Part shown: piece after piece, positions 53,309 to 64,000 of the stretch
Position numbering within the stretch: position 1 is the stretch's first letter
Layout: each line of letters opens with the position of its first letter
Assembly: GCA_965113315.1 (NCBI GenBank)
Contig: OZ220367.1
Length of the DNA stretch: 64,000 nucleotides
DNA from: Podarcis vaucheri
Taxonomy: Eukaryota
Reading direction: 5' to 3' (one strand)
Position numbers and translations under genes: made by a program
Notes under the pieces: generated by a model
What the model was told of the DNA's origin: nothing
Database searches by the model: none
Seen by the model: the letters and a program-made list of their open reading frames with translations, nothing else

Positions 53309-56300
53309 TTCTAGAACTTTAGCTCCCTTTGCTCCTCCACTGCTTACCTTTATTCCCACTCCTACTTTCCTCACCCAGCATTTCATTATTTCTCCTACAA
53401 TTCAGTATGTTGGACCCATAAGGAAACAACCCATTTACAATTTACCACGTGGTTTATTTCTGTGGTCAAGACCAGGTACATTAAAAGTTGTATTGCTTGC
53501 ATCTAATTCTTGGTTTCTCTGAATTTTATCTTTAGTTGTTGAGGTCTTAATTTGTTTCTTCTGCCTCCCAGGTGAGGGAGTTGAATGTGGGGCAGATTCA
53601 TTTTATAACAGTGAAAAACTAATTTCCTTAAACGAGTTTGTATTCAATACGAGGAACACAGTGGTTATCCATTTGATAAATATGCATACCATCACTAGAT
53701 CTTTTTTGTGTTTGCTGAAAATTTATTTGAAACTATCACATTTTTACCATGGCATATTTTAGTCTCTCCCTCCTTCCTCTCCGTAAGCCCCTTAGCCTCT
53801 TTTACAGTAACATTTTCATTTCTGCCAATTATCTCTCTGCTCACATTGTAGTTGGGGGTGTCTGCTAGGCACATCAGTAAGGATCAAAATGTAAATACAG
53901 GAGCCTTGTGTCATGCTATTGGATTGGTAAGGTTTCTGTTTATGCTTTGTGCTTCCCATATCACATGGCTTTGGAATCTGGTGAAAAGCTCCAGGAATTT
54001 CTTCCAAATCAGTTCACAGTTAGTGTTTTTGTGTCGTTTGTTATCTTCCTATGAGCAGGTTGATCATTAATTTCCCCAATGTTGGTTCATCTAAGTGGAA
54101 TGATATTTTTAAAAATGCACAGCCTTCATTTCTAATGCCATTGCCCTTCTGAGTTGCTTATTATAGGATAGACGGGGGAAGCCCGGTGTGTCTGACTTTT
54201 CTGCCTGAACAGGAGGCAGGAGGAAAAACGACCCAAGATCTTGTGACCAGGAAGCCAAGTTCATTGAGGCATGCATGATGACAGAATGATTCCAAGATTA
54301 GGGCACTGAGAGAGCCTCATCTGATGGAGGCATGATAGGAACTGGGAAGTAGGAAAAGGAATTGACTGCCTTAGAAAACAACTTCAACAAATAAAGGGGG
54401 GGAGGACTGTTCTTTTGCAAATCAGCAAAGCCAGCATCAGTCAGTGGTCAGCAAGGAATTTTAACAGCCTTGTTTTTAGGTGAGCAAGAGTTGAAGGGCC
54501 AACTGTGTGAACCCTGTGCAAATGTCTGATCAGTGTGTAGATTGTGTATACAGGAGTGTGAGTACGTATGTTGGGGTTTGCGCTAGTTGGCCCATTCTCT
54601 ACACATCTGAGGTGGCACCTACATAGGGGCTTAATGACCTTAAGCTCCACATTTATGATATAGATCATCATTTTTTGTGGGGTCTGCACTGTGCATTTGG
54701 AGCCCGTGTGCATCGGGGTATACACATGCAGATCCCTGTGCAGGGATCACCTCAAGAGCATCAGGGGCAAGAGGGTGGAAGAAGCAGGTACAATCTTGAT
54801 CTGCTGCCTACAGTGTGACCCAAGATACAGGCAAATGACTGTTTAACCCCTTCCTCTTTAGAGTGCAGCAAAATAACAGGGTTGCGGGGAGAATTCTGCC
54901 AACACCTTTTGGGCATTTAATTCACTCACTTTCTTGTTTCAGCCAAGATGGAAACAAATGGGTATGAGCAGATGAGTCAAACAGAGATGGAATTATACCA
55001 GCACATTTCTTGCTGCTCACACCAGATTTGTGTATGTGAGGTGCCTTCTGTCTTTTGTCTCAACTTGCATAGGTGAGGTGACCAAGGTGCATAACTTATT
55101 CCTAGTTGAGGTGCTTTAGAAGCTTGGTTTAGCACTCTTAGTTTTGCATGAAGCGTTTGTGAAAATAGGAACTCTGGATGGTCTCCACCAGAGGCACCTC
55201 CCTGCCATGCTCAAAATGCATTGAAACAAAGTGGGGCTATTATGGTTTATGTGGTGTGGGCATGCAGGTAAAATTCATTGTCCTGCAGTTAGATGCAACT
55301 TTGGTCTGTAAGTGTACTGCTTCAAAAGAGCACTGAGCATGCCCATTACTGAGGAGACAATGCTTTGTTATAGTCCTCCAATGAAGAACTATCAGTTTAA
55401 AATTGGACATTTGAACATATTGTGTCATGTGTTCCTCTAGTAAACCAAGGTTATTAAAAGAAATTGCACATGAAGTGATGTTATGTACTGATTTTTCATG
55501 TTGGTTTGGTCTGGATCTTCTTTTCCTGATAACCATGGTGTCATTTGCATCCTGCATTTTCTGGACTTTTTGGTTTTCCATCTTAATCAATATCAATTAT
55601 GAAAATGGAACATGCCTTGGCAGAACCCCAGCAACATTATTCTGGTACACTAAGCTCAGTGGTGAAATGTTTTGCCAGTACTTAGCATATTACATTTCTG
55701 TACACTTTCATCCTTGTGATTGTGTTCCATGCATGCTTCATTAACTTAAGTAGCTTGACTTCTGAACGGGACTTCCTTCCTTCCTTCCTTCCTTCCTTTC
55801 TTCCTTGTCTGTCTTTCAGTATGTTTCCACTACTTACCCTGTACAAATGAATCTTGATGCAGTTTACAAAGGTAGAAATGAAAACACATCAATATCATTT
55901 CAATTAAAAAACCCCCAATATTTCAGTTATCAACAATAGTATATGGCAGTAAGATTAATGCTACTGGTTAAGCAAAGCATTTGCATCCACCTTGGGGAAG
56001 AAATGTCTTGCCAGTCACACAGTCACATGCATTACTGCCGTTGACTTCAGCATTGCCCCTTGCAAGGCAAGCAAATAAGCAAAAAAGTGTGATAGGAGGT
56101 TAATAAGTTGTGAAAAACTATAAATTGTTCAGAACATGCTCCATAAATGTAGTGGTGGAGGAGGATGATTTCTGCAATCAGTTACTTGGTACAGTACTTT
56201 CAAAGTGGGCTCTTCAAGATTTCTGACACTAATATGCTACACCCAACTCTTCATGTTCAAGGGATATTTCAACATAAACTTACCTACCCATGAAAACTGG

Positions 56301-57022
56301 TACATTGCAGAAACTTCTGGATAGAGAATGGATGCACCAGCTGTTTCTAGTCTGTGACACATTTGTTCAGTCATAAACTGCTTTATGCATACCACTGAGA
56401 TTTCTTTTTTGTTAGACAGTAAGTAAGTAAAAAAAGTATGTTATATCTTATGTCTGCATTAGTCTGTAAATCATTTTTTTTAATCTGCAGGGACATAAAT
56501 ACTCGCATGTATTTTTGAATGTGTTTCTTCCTCTGAATTTACATTTCTAAAGGCATCTCTCTCAAAAGATGTATTTCTAAACACATTTTGATATGTATTT
56601 TTAACTGGGAACTACATCACAAAATTCAGAGAAGTGCCAAAATCCAAAAGATAGCTAATTTCTAATCCTTGCATGAGTTTAGGATGTACAGACTAGGGCA
56701 GTTTGTAATAGAATCCACAAAGGTCACATTCCTCAAGCATTCCCACTTCTGGGGCATGTTGTAGGGTGTGCAGTCAGTTTGGGTGGAGCAAGGGCCAGAC
56801 TTGATGGGCCTCATTGTTGCTATATGTGAGGGAGATTGGAAGCAGTAGGCAACTCTAAGAGAGTCAATAAGCTTATTCTAAGAGTCTGCCAGTTCATTGA
56901 AAAGCCCCAGTATTTCACATTTTGAAAGCCATTCATCTAAATCAACCTTCCCCAACTTGATGCCCTCCAAATATTTAGACTAACTCCTGTCAGCTCAGTC
57001 AGCACTCCCTACTGTCTTTATG

Positions 57023-57091
57023 AGTGCCTGGCGTGCTCTGCTCCATGGGGTCACGAAGAGTCGGACACGACTAAACGACTAAACAACAACA
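57023..57091 (+). mobile_element. BovB/RTE extreme 3' fragment
   Basis: ccatggggtcacgaagagtcggacacgactaaacgactaaa(caa)n. TSD actgtctttatg (57011-57022 and 57092-57103). Confidence 0.85.
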
Positions 57092-57207
57092 ACTGTCTTT
57101 ATGTAGCCTTTTGAGTATTATTATTATATATATTCCACTCCTCTTTGCAAAAGCAATCCCAGAATGTACATTAACATTTCAATCACAAAAATGCATGTAA
57201 TATTCAA

Positions 57208-57254
<47 letters not shown>

Positions 57255-57305
57255 GGTTTTGGTGTCTTCGGGTGTCTTCCCGTGTAAGAGTCGGGGTGTC
57301 TGTGC

Positions 57306-57339
57306 GACGTTTCGACGAGGTCTCACTCGTCATCTTCAG
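57306..57339 (-). ncRNA. Minimal hammerhead motif (inverted pLTR copy)
   Basis: Exact reverse complement of 58812-58845. Confidence 0.65.
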
Positions 57340-57571
57340 GCTGGTGCTTTCGGCTTCTTGTTACTGGAACAGAGCAGAATCTGGTGTTTGAGTTCCTATA
57401 AATACTGTTGAGGGGTGTGGTGTATAGCCTCCAACGTTCTGGGCAGAGAGGAAGTTCCTAGATTAGTGTGCCTCTTCTTTTTTTTGTTCCTTAATTACTT
57501 GAGGGATATCTTGAGTGATTTCATGAGTGATATTCTGAATACCACTGGGTGGGTCATTAAGTGTAGATTAG

Positions 57572-58576
57572 TTGCTAAAGCTTTTGTGTCTTGACCGCTA
57601 CTTACATGCACAATCACACCACCACCCTGCACAAATAAACTCCGTAGCCAAGACTCTCATCTCCAGAACCAAACGCCTGGCTGACAAAGACCACTTGACA
57701 ACTGAGTTACAGAATCTCTCAAATGTGTTAATCGCCAATGGATACCAGAAAAACAGGGTTACGAAGCTAATCCAAAAAGAAACACCCCCCAAAAACCAAG
57801 ACACAGAAGAAAACAATGGCATGGCCCTCCTTCCTTATATCAAGGGCACTACAGACAAAATCAGCAAAATCCTCCATAAACACAATATCAAAACAGCCTT
57901 CTGCACCAACCAAAAAATAGCCAATATCCTCAGAAACCCAAAAGACAAAATCCAGCTGGAAAACCAAGGGGTCTATGAAATACCCTGCAAAGTCTGCCCA
58001 GCCACGTACATTGGACAAACAAACAGACGAATAAATGCACGTATCGCAGAACACAAGAATGCCGTCAAAAAAGAAGAAAAAACTTCCTCTCTTTTCCAAC
58101 ACATGAAAGAAACAGGACACGAAATTAATTTTGCAGATTCCAAATTGCTCTTTAACATGGAACATCACCACAAGAGAATAATCATGGAAGCCATCGAGAT
58201 AGAGAAACACCCTCACAACATGAACAAGCGTGACGACACGTCCCGCCTGCCAGACATCTGGAAATTAGCCCTCCCCACAAAAACCGACACCAGAACCAGA
58301 GGCACACAGAACGCCGTCACCAATCAACCACACCAGACCCAAACCCAGACCCTCTCCACAGACATATTACAGACTCCATCCAGTAGCCAAACTATAGTGG
58401 CACCTCCAGATGCTGCACCCCCCTGCAATCCCTACACAGATCTGGCTGGCACAAGGCACAAAACCACAGCTCGCCCCTATACACGAAGCCAAGCCAGAGC
58501 ACAACTAAATGCAGCACAGCCATCTTCTCAGAAAAACTCTTCACAAGCTCAAGAGGTCAAGACACAAAAGCTTTAG
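57572..58576 (+). CDS. Penelope ORF C-terminal part (RT thumb/linker and GIY-YIG endonuclease), 5'-truncated but uninterrupted
   Basis: DRYLHAQSHH...LPYIKGTTDKI...GVYEIPCKVCPATYIGQTNRRINARIAEHK...LFQHMKETGHEI...EAIEI...MNKRD. The GIY/YIG motifs, catalytic R/E/N and CCHH residues are present. The first ~7 codons come from the inverted repeat. Confidence 0.9.
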   Translation: MLKLLCLDRYLHAQSHHHPAQINSVAKTLISRTKRLADKDHLTTELQNLSNVLIANGYQKNRVTKLIQKETPPKNQDTEENNGMALLPYIKGTTDKISKILHKHNIKTAFCTNQKIANILRNPKDKIQLENQGVYEIPCKVCPATYIGQTNRRINARIAEHKNAVKKEEKTSSLFQHMKETGHEINFADSKLLFNMEHHHKRIIMEAIEIEKHPHNMNKRDDTSRLPDIWKLALPTKTDTRTRGTQNAVTNQPHQTQTQTLSTDILQTPSSSQTIVAPPDAAPPCNPYTDLAGTRHKTTARPYTRSQARAQLNAAQPSSQKNSSQAQEVKTQKL

Positions 58577-58811
58577 CAACTAATCTACACTTAATGACCC
58601 ACCCAGTGGTATTCAGAATATCACTCATGAAATCACTCAAGATATCCCTCAAATAATTAAGGAACAAAAAAAAGAAGAGGCACACTAATCTAGGAACTTC
58701 CTCTCTGCCCAGAACGTTGGAGGCTATACACCACACCCCTCAACAGTATTTATAGGAACTCAAACACCAGATTCTGCTCTGTTCCAGTAACAAGAAGCCG
58801 AAAGCACCAGC

Positions 58812-58845
58812 CTGAAGATGACGAGTGAGACCTCGTCGAAACGTC
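58812..58845 (+). ncRNA. Minimal hammerhead motif in the Penelope pLTR
   Basis: CUGAAGA-U-GACGAG-UGAGAC-CUCGUC-GAAAC-GUC: both cores, a 6-bp stem II and a GUC cleavage triplet. Stem I is only about 2 bp. Confidence 0.65.
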
Positions 58846-61800
58846 GCACAGACACCCCGACTCTTACACGGGAAGACACCCAAAGACACCAAAACCTGCA
58901 TTCCTGTACCCGTGAAAATCTACGAAAGCATATATATATATATATATATATATGAGAACGCTGTGGGAAACTGTAGTGAGGAGAAACACAGGAATAAATT
59001 ATCCACATACATTTCAGAACTAAAAAATTCGCTATGAATTTTGGATCTTGTGGTTAAATACAGTGATACTATATTTGCTGACACAATGTCAATGAAATGT
59101 TCCTCCTATATTTATATCCCTATAGTTTACGTAATGACTGATTGCTCTCATTGTCTACAGGAAAAAATAGTTTTTACTGTTGTGCTCCTCCTTGTAATTT
59201 AACTGTCAGTGCTTAGACAGGTGCATATGATCTTGAAGAGAAAGTGCAAAATCCAGTTTAAGTAGAATGTAGTAAAGTTGAAAAACAATTTTCTTAACCT
59301 AAGGTGAAATATGAGAGTTGAGCAAAGAACAGTGCAGACTGCAGATGCTGTCTGTCTGTTTATGGAATTTTACACACAGACAGGACTTAAATAAAGGAAG
59401 GAGCTCCCATTTAGAGACCGCTTATGACCACCATACGCTTACACTGGGAAAGGCATGTTTGTGTACAAAGGGAGAGACCCTGGGAGAGGATCTGTCCCCA
59501 TTTCTTCCATATGGAAGGATTTGGAGGAGATTGGGTGGGGACTGACTGAGAAAGAGAGTACCTCTCTGCTTGTCTCTTCTTTTATTCTAAAACAAGTGCG
59601 GGGAACATTTGGTCCCCCTCAGGCAATCAATCTGTTTAACACTTTGCAAGGTAACATAAACATTGTATTAAAAACAGAAGAGTTTTCTATCTTTGCATGA
59701 TTATTGTTGAGCTGATTGCGATGTCAAGCCCAGACTAAAAGGGAAACTGAGCAAGGGGAGGGAGCTGTGTACAAACTTAAATAAAAGTTACCCAGTCTCC
59801 TTTTTCTGTTCATAAGCAAAGTACAAAATGTGTCTATGCCCACACCATTGTACTGCAAACCGCAAAGCTGATGAGCACAAAAACACTTGATCTAACACAT
59901 TTTGAAGTGTTTATACATTTGGCTAACAGCTCTCCCACCATCTCGCATTTCTGCTTTGCTTCTCCACTTTCAGAGTCTTCCGAGTCACATCAATTCCACT
60001 CTTTCTGTTAACACATCTCAAAAATTGCTCTTTATTCGCTTCATGGGTTGATCACCTGCAATACACTTGGGTGTAGTTCAGCTTAACAATGACCCATATC
60101 TAGAAGCATTACAGCATTTATATTTTGAAGGATGCTGCCTTGGTGGTTAAGGAACAACCCAAGCTTTCGCTCTTCACCTGCCAAAGTAAAAAATGATGCT
60201 TCCCTGCAAAGGTAAGATGCCAAGACAGAAAGTTGGTAAGCATCATGTATAGAAGTGTAATGGCAATGGGAAACTGATGATTTGGGTAAGGAGAAGAATT
60301 CGTTTTCCTCTACCACTGTTCTTCTCAATTTTGGGTCCTTGTTTACACTGGAACACCCCTTGCAGAACTCTTAGAATCTGTTAATTAAAATTACAGAAAC
60401 TAAATAATGGAGATACTGATTTTTTTTTCATGTAAAGCCAGGTTCCCTTAAATCATGTGAAAATTATGTGCAAGCAAGATACCCACATTTATAGGCTTTC
60501 TTCATAGCTGTAAACATAAGGTTATCCTATGTTCTCCTCAAAACAGCCAAATGAATTTGGTTTGACTGGGAGTGATTGGTTTGCCCAAAGCTAACAACTG
60601 AGAGCAGAAGTAGACATTGTAGTCAACATGGAAGTGCCTCTTGAAAAGGAGAGCATTCCTGCGTCAAATTATCACTATAACCTTTAGACATTCTTATTGT
60701 ATTTCCCTGTTGGTGCCAGCCAGTGATTTGGAGAGTGAACATGGAAAGTCATGGTGTTATGCCATGGCATAGATTAATGTCCGCAAAGGTTATAGTGGAG
60801 AACTTGCCATGAAGCTGCCATTTTCAGTGTCAGGCAAGTGTTCAGTATAATATTTACTTGTTCCCCGGATCTCCACAGTTAAAGATGGATTTGAACCCAT
60901 GTCTCCCTGGTCCACTTCCATCAGTCTGTCTCCTGCTACGGCGGACTACCTTTCTATTGTTTACATAGACTTACAAACATTATTTTGGCTGCCAAGTATT
61001 GAGGCGTGGTAGTAGAGGCCTATGACAGAACTTGGATTATGGGGGTGGGAGATTAATAAAACCTTGATAAAGATAAGGGAACACAATGAGGGCTGATGTG
61101 GTACATACTGAACGTTCAATCTCCTGCCCCCCTAGATCCCTTCCCCCAGTTTCTAAACCATTAGCATCTGTGTGCTGGTAATGATGACATCTAACATATG
61201 GACACTTATGGCTCCATTCAGGATTCACACTTTTGATGCAGCAAGGATTAATCCAGGATCGTTAAGTTGATTTCTGCTGATGGGGGTGAAATTGTGAGCT
61301 TTTACTGGAACTGGTGTGTGCAGCTCTTTCGGGAAGAGGGAAATTCCACACAAGTTTGATGGAATTAATCTACTTTCCTCTTTCTGGTTTTGATCCAGGC
61401 TGCAGACAGCTGCAGAGATAAAAGAGACCCAGGCAACCAAGTTCATGAGCGAGCAGGCAACAGGAATGGGGTTAGTGCACAGTCAAGAGATCAGAGCAGA
61501 GGCAGCATGACTTCGGGGCTTAAAATCTGTTTCTTTTCAGTACTGGTTCTCACTGTGGTGCAGCTGCTGGGTGTGTTTGTGTTTGAGAGAGACAGAGAGA
61601 ACCAAAACTGGATTGCTGAGTTTCATGTATAGATAGGATTCAGCATCAGATGATGAGTCCTACCCTATTAGTCAAGGTCTGTGGGCTGAATGCCCTCTGG
61701 CAGAGAGGTCCATTTTAGGAAGGAATCAGAGATGTCCTCTTCTATTCCTCCTCCAACAGGTTTTTGGCTGATGGTTGAGGGTCACAAGATACAGTTACTT

Positions 61801-62520
61801 ACACTTCCCATAGTAAGTGAAGAAGGTTTTTGAAATGATTCTTTAAAATGGGAGGGGAAACTGTGGTGATCCATCTTTAATTATTGGTCATGGTGGCTGG
61901 GGATGACTGACGTTTCTCCACCTCTGTTTAAAAACAACCCCTGAGGGATCCATAAGTTATTTCCCTTATGGCGCAGTTTCTCGCAAATTAAGAGATTGTG
62001 AAACATTTCCCTTTTATGTATCCGTTGAGTCCCGATAAAGAATGAAGAGCAGCCTTGCAGGAAGGAGGCGCCGATGACAATCTTTTTTCTTCTTCTTTTA
62101 AGATATCAATTCAATTTCACTTTCTTTTTCCCAGCCAGAGCTGAAACAGTTTTAATTTGGAAGACAAAGTTCTGGCTTTATCACCTTAATTGTTTCTGCA
62201 TTACTTCAGCTGCTTTTAACCCAATTAAAATGGAGATTGTGTCTATTCACTGTGCACGATCCTTCAATACTTGTTTGAATAAGCAATTAGACTGGAAGAA
62301 ATAATGGGCTGAACAGTAAAATGTCTTGGGCAGGCTTCTTTCAGTTTCCTGGTCATGAGGTATCTGGTGTTCTCTGTCGGGTTCAGGGGCCTGAAGAGGA
62401 CTGCCTCAGATCATTCTGTCTTTATCAGGGCAAGATAAATGCTTCTTCTGCCTTACAGAATGTTTGTTTGGCTGCTCACAACTCAAATATCCTTCATCAT
62501 CATGGCTCATGCCTGTACAA

Positions 62521-62656
62521 CAGGCTTCCTCAAACTCGGCCCTCCAGATGTTTTTGGCCTACAGCTCCCATAATCCCTAGCTAGCAGGAACAGTGGTCAG
62601 GGATGGTGGGAATTGTAGTCTCAAAACATCTGGAGGGCCGAGTTTGAGGAAGCCTG
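62521..62656. mobile_element. Palindromic hAT MITE (136 bp)
   Basis: Long TIRs caggcttcctcaaactcggccctccagatgtttt and aaaacatctggagggccgagtttgaggaagcctg. 8-bp TSD ctgtacaa (62513-62520 and 62657-62664). Older relatives near 2790, 8940, 27310, 34780 and 56945. Confidence 0.92.
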
Positions 62657-64000
62657 CTGTACAACTTATGACCTATGAAACAGAATTCAGCCCATTGACC
62701 ATGTTGAATGGCCCACAAAAGGGCTCAATAAACCTCTTATTCTTGCTTTCTGTCTGGGATGCCAAAATTTGGACATTTTAAGCAATTTTAAGCCACAATG
62801 TGCAGGCCTGTTTTACCCTAAATTTGGAGGCTGTGTGTGAATCACTAGGACAGTTCCTTTACTTCTCCAGCTCTTTCTGGTCACATGTATCTTGTAGAGA
62901 ATTGGTCAGTTTAGCCCAATGTTGTCTCCTTCAACTGGCAGCACTTCTTAAAGGTGTCAGGCTAGCATCTTTCCCAATATCCTTTTTAAACTGGAAATGC
63001 TGGGCACCTCGTGTGTGCTCTGCCCCTGACTTATGAGCCTCACCTTTCACTCCTGTTCAACAGTGTTTGGAGAAACCTACCAATTTCTTAGGTTAGAGCA
63101 GGCCTAACTGGTGGTCAAGCAAGCCAAGGAAAGCTCACTAATCTTCCTGCTTGTCTATGACTACATAAGCAGGTGGGTTGTCCAGTAGCTGTCAGGCAGT
63201 AATACTGCCTCGTTGCATTCAGCTTAGGAGGTCACATGTTCTGCAGCCATAGAATGTCATCCTTTGCTGACTTCATTGCTCTCTCCAGCAATATCCTCCC
63301 AGCTTTCACCAGCCTGTTGTTTCTGGTGTGGAAGTAACTGGCATCTAATACCACATTGGGGACTCCTTGAACATTCCTGACTGGAAATGGCTATGCCTCC
63401 AGTCCTCATTTAAGTCCTTCTTCCTAGGATTCCCAGTGCTGCTCCCTATCTGATTGTCCCCAGGTAAGGCGCCCCATGGTGCTCTCAGTTTCATTTGTCT
63501 TCTGTGGGGGGTGGGGGTGTGATGATGACATTTGGAAAGGTGAAAGTTACTGTAGCACCCTGCTTGTGGTTAACGCTTAGCTGGAATGAAATATTCAACG
63601 CAGCAATAGAGAAATTAAAATAATAATTTATTTGTCAGACAAATAAATGAGAGGCACAGTGGTATATGGTTACCAAGCTCTGGCCTGGGCTCCTGCCATT
63701 ATGGCCAGCACTTATATTCCCTTAATCCAGCCCCCTTTGCTCCTCCTTTGGCTGCCTCTGTCCAATCAGCCTGGTTGAATTTCCTATTGGCTGATTGCTA
63801 TAACCAATCCTAAAAGATACACCCATATCCTCCTGTCCTTATATGGAACACAAAGAGCTATATATTGTTACATCTATAAATGACAAATAAGTAGTAATAT
63901 ATCTTACATGTGTCTCAACAAGGAATCTTAATTACCAGCTCACCTCTTGCCCTCCTTGCCCTATTGCCTTCTAAAACAAATGGTTAATCTTACATTTTTA

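Larger units (their letters stand above)
57251..58929 (+). mobile_element. Penelope-like retroelement, 5'-truncated with inverted pLTR, inserted in (TA)n
   Basis: 57251-57596 is the reverse complement of 58555-58900. Contains a GIY-YIG ORF and hammerhead motifs. (TA)n lies at about 57211-57250 and 58930-58953. Confidence 0.95.

Noticed and set aside
62502-62530. atggctcatgcc resembles the start of the other ANK3 first exon (MAHAASQLKK)
   Set aside because: It diverges after four codons (MAHACT) and runs into a hAT MITE.

Overview
This is vertebrate intronic DNA. The repeats (Sauria/Squam SINEs, BovB tails, L2, CR1, L1-like LINEs, Penelope, hAT and Tc1/pogo MITEs) point to a squamate, probably a lacertid lizard; the species assignment is inference. 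The only host coding sequence I recognise is a 63-nt exon missed by the ORF track (25282-25344, +). It reads MSEEAKEKNAKHTHRKKKGKK and ends at a phase-0 GT donor. From recall, it matches an alternative first coding exon of ankyrin-3 (ANK3), so the window probably lies in the long 5' introns of ANK3. The other ORFs in the track are transposon fragments or chance. Main points of interest: (1) a young Penelope copy (57251-58929) with an open GIY-YIG endonuclease frame, a near-perfect 346-bp inverted repeat and two hammerhead ribozyme motifs; (2) a 32-codon uORF whose stop overlaps the ANK3 start codon (ATGA); (3) a 4.9-kb fossil hAT transposon (3696-8605) holding at least five nested insertions; (4) a solo LTR with a CTCF-like motif. 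I cannot support a wholly new biological system. The findings are unusual local architectures built from known element classes.
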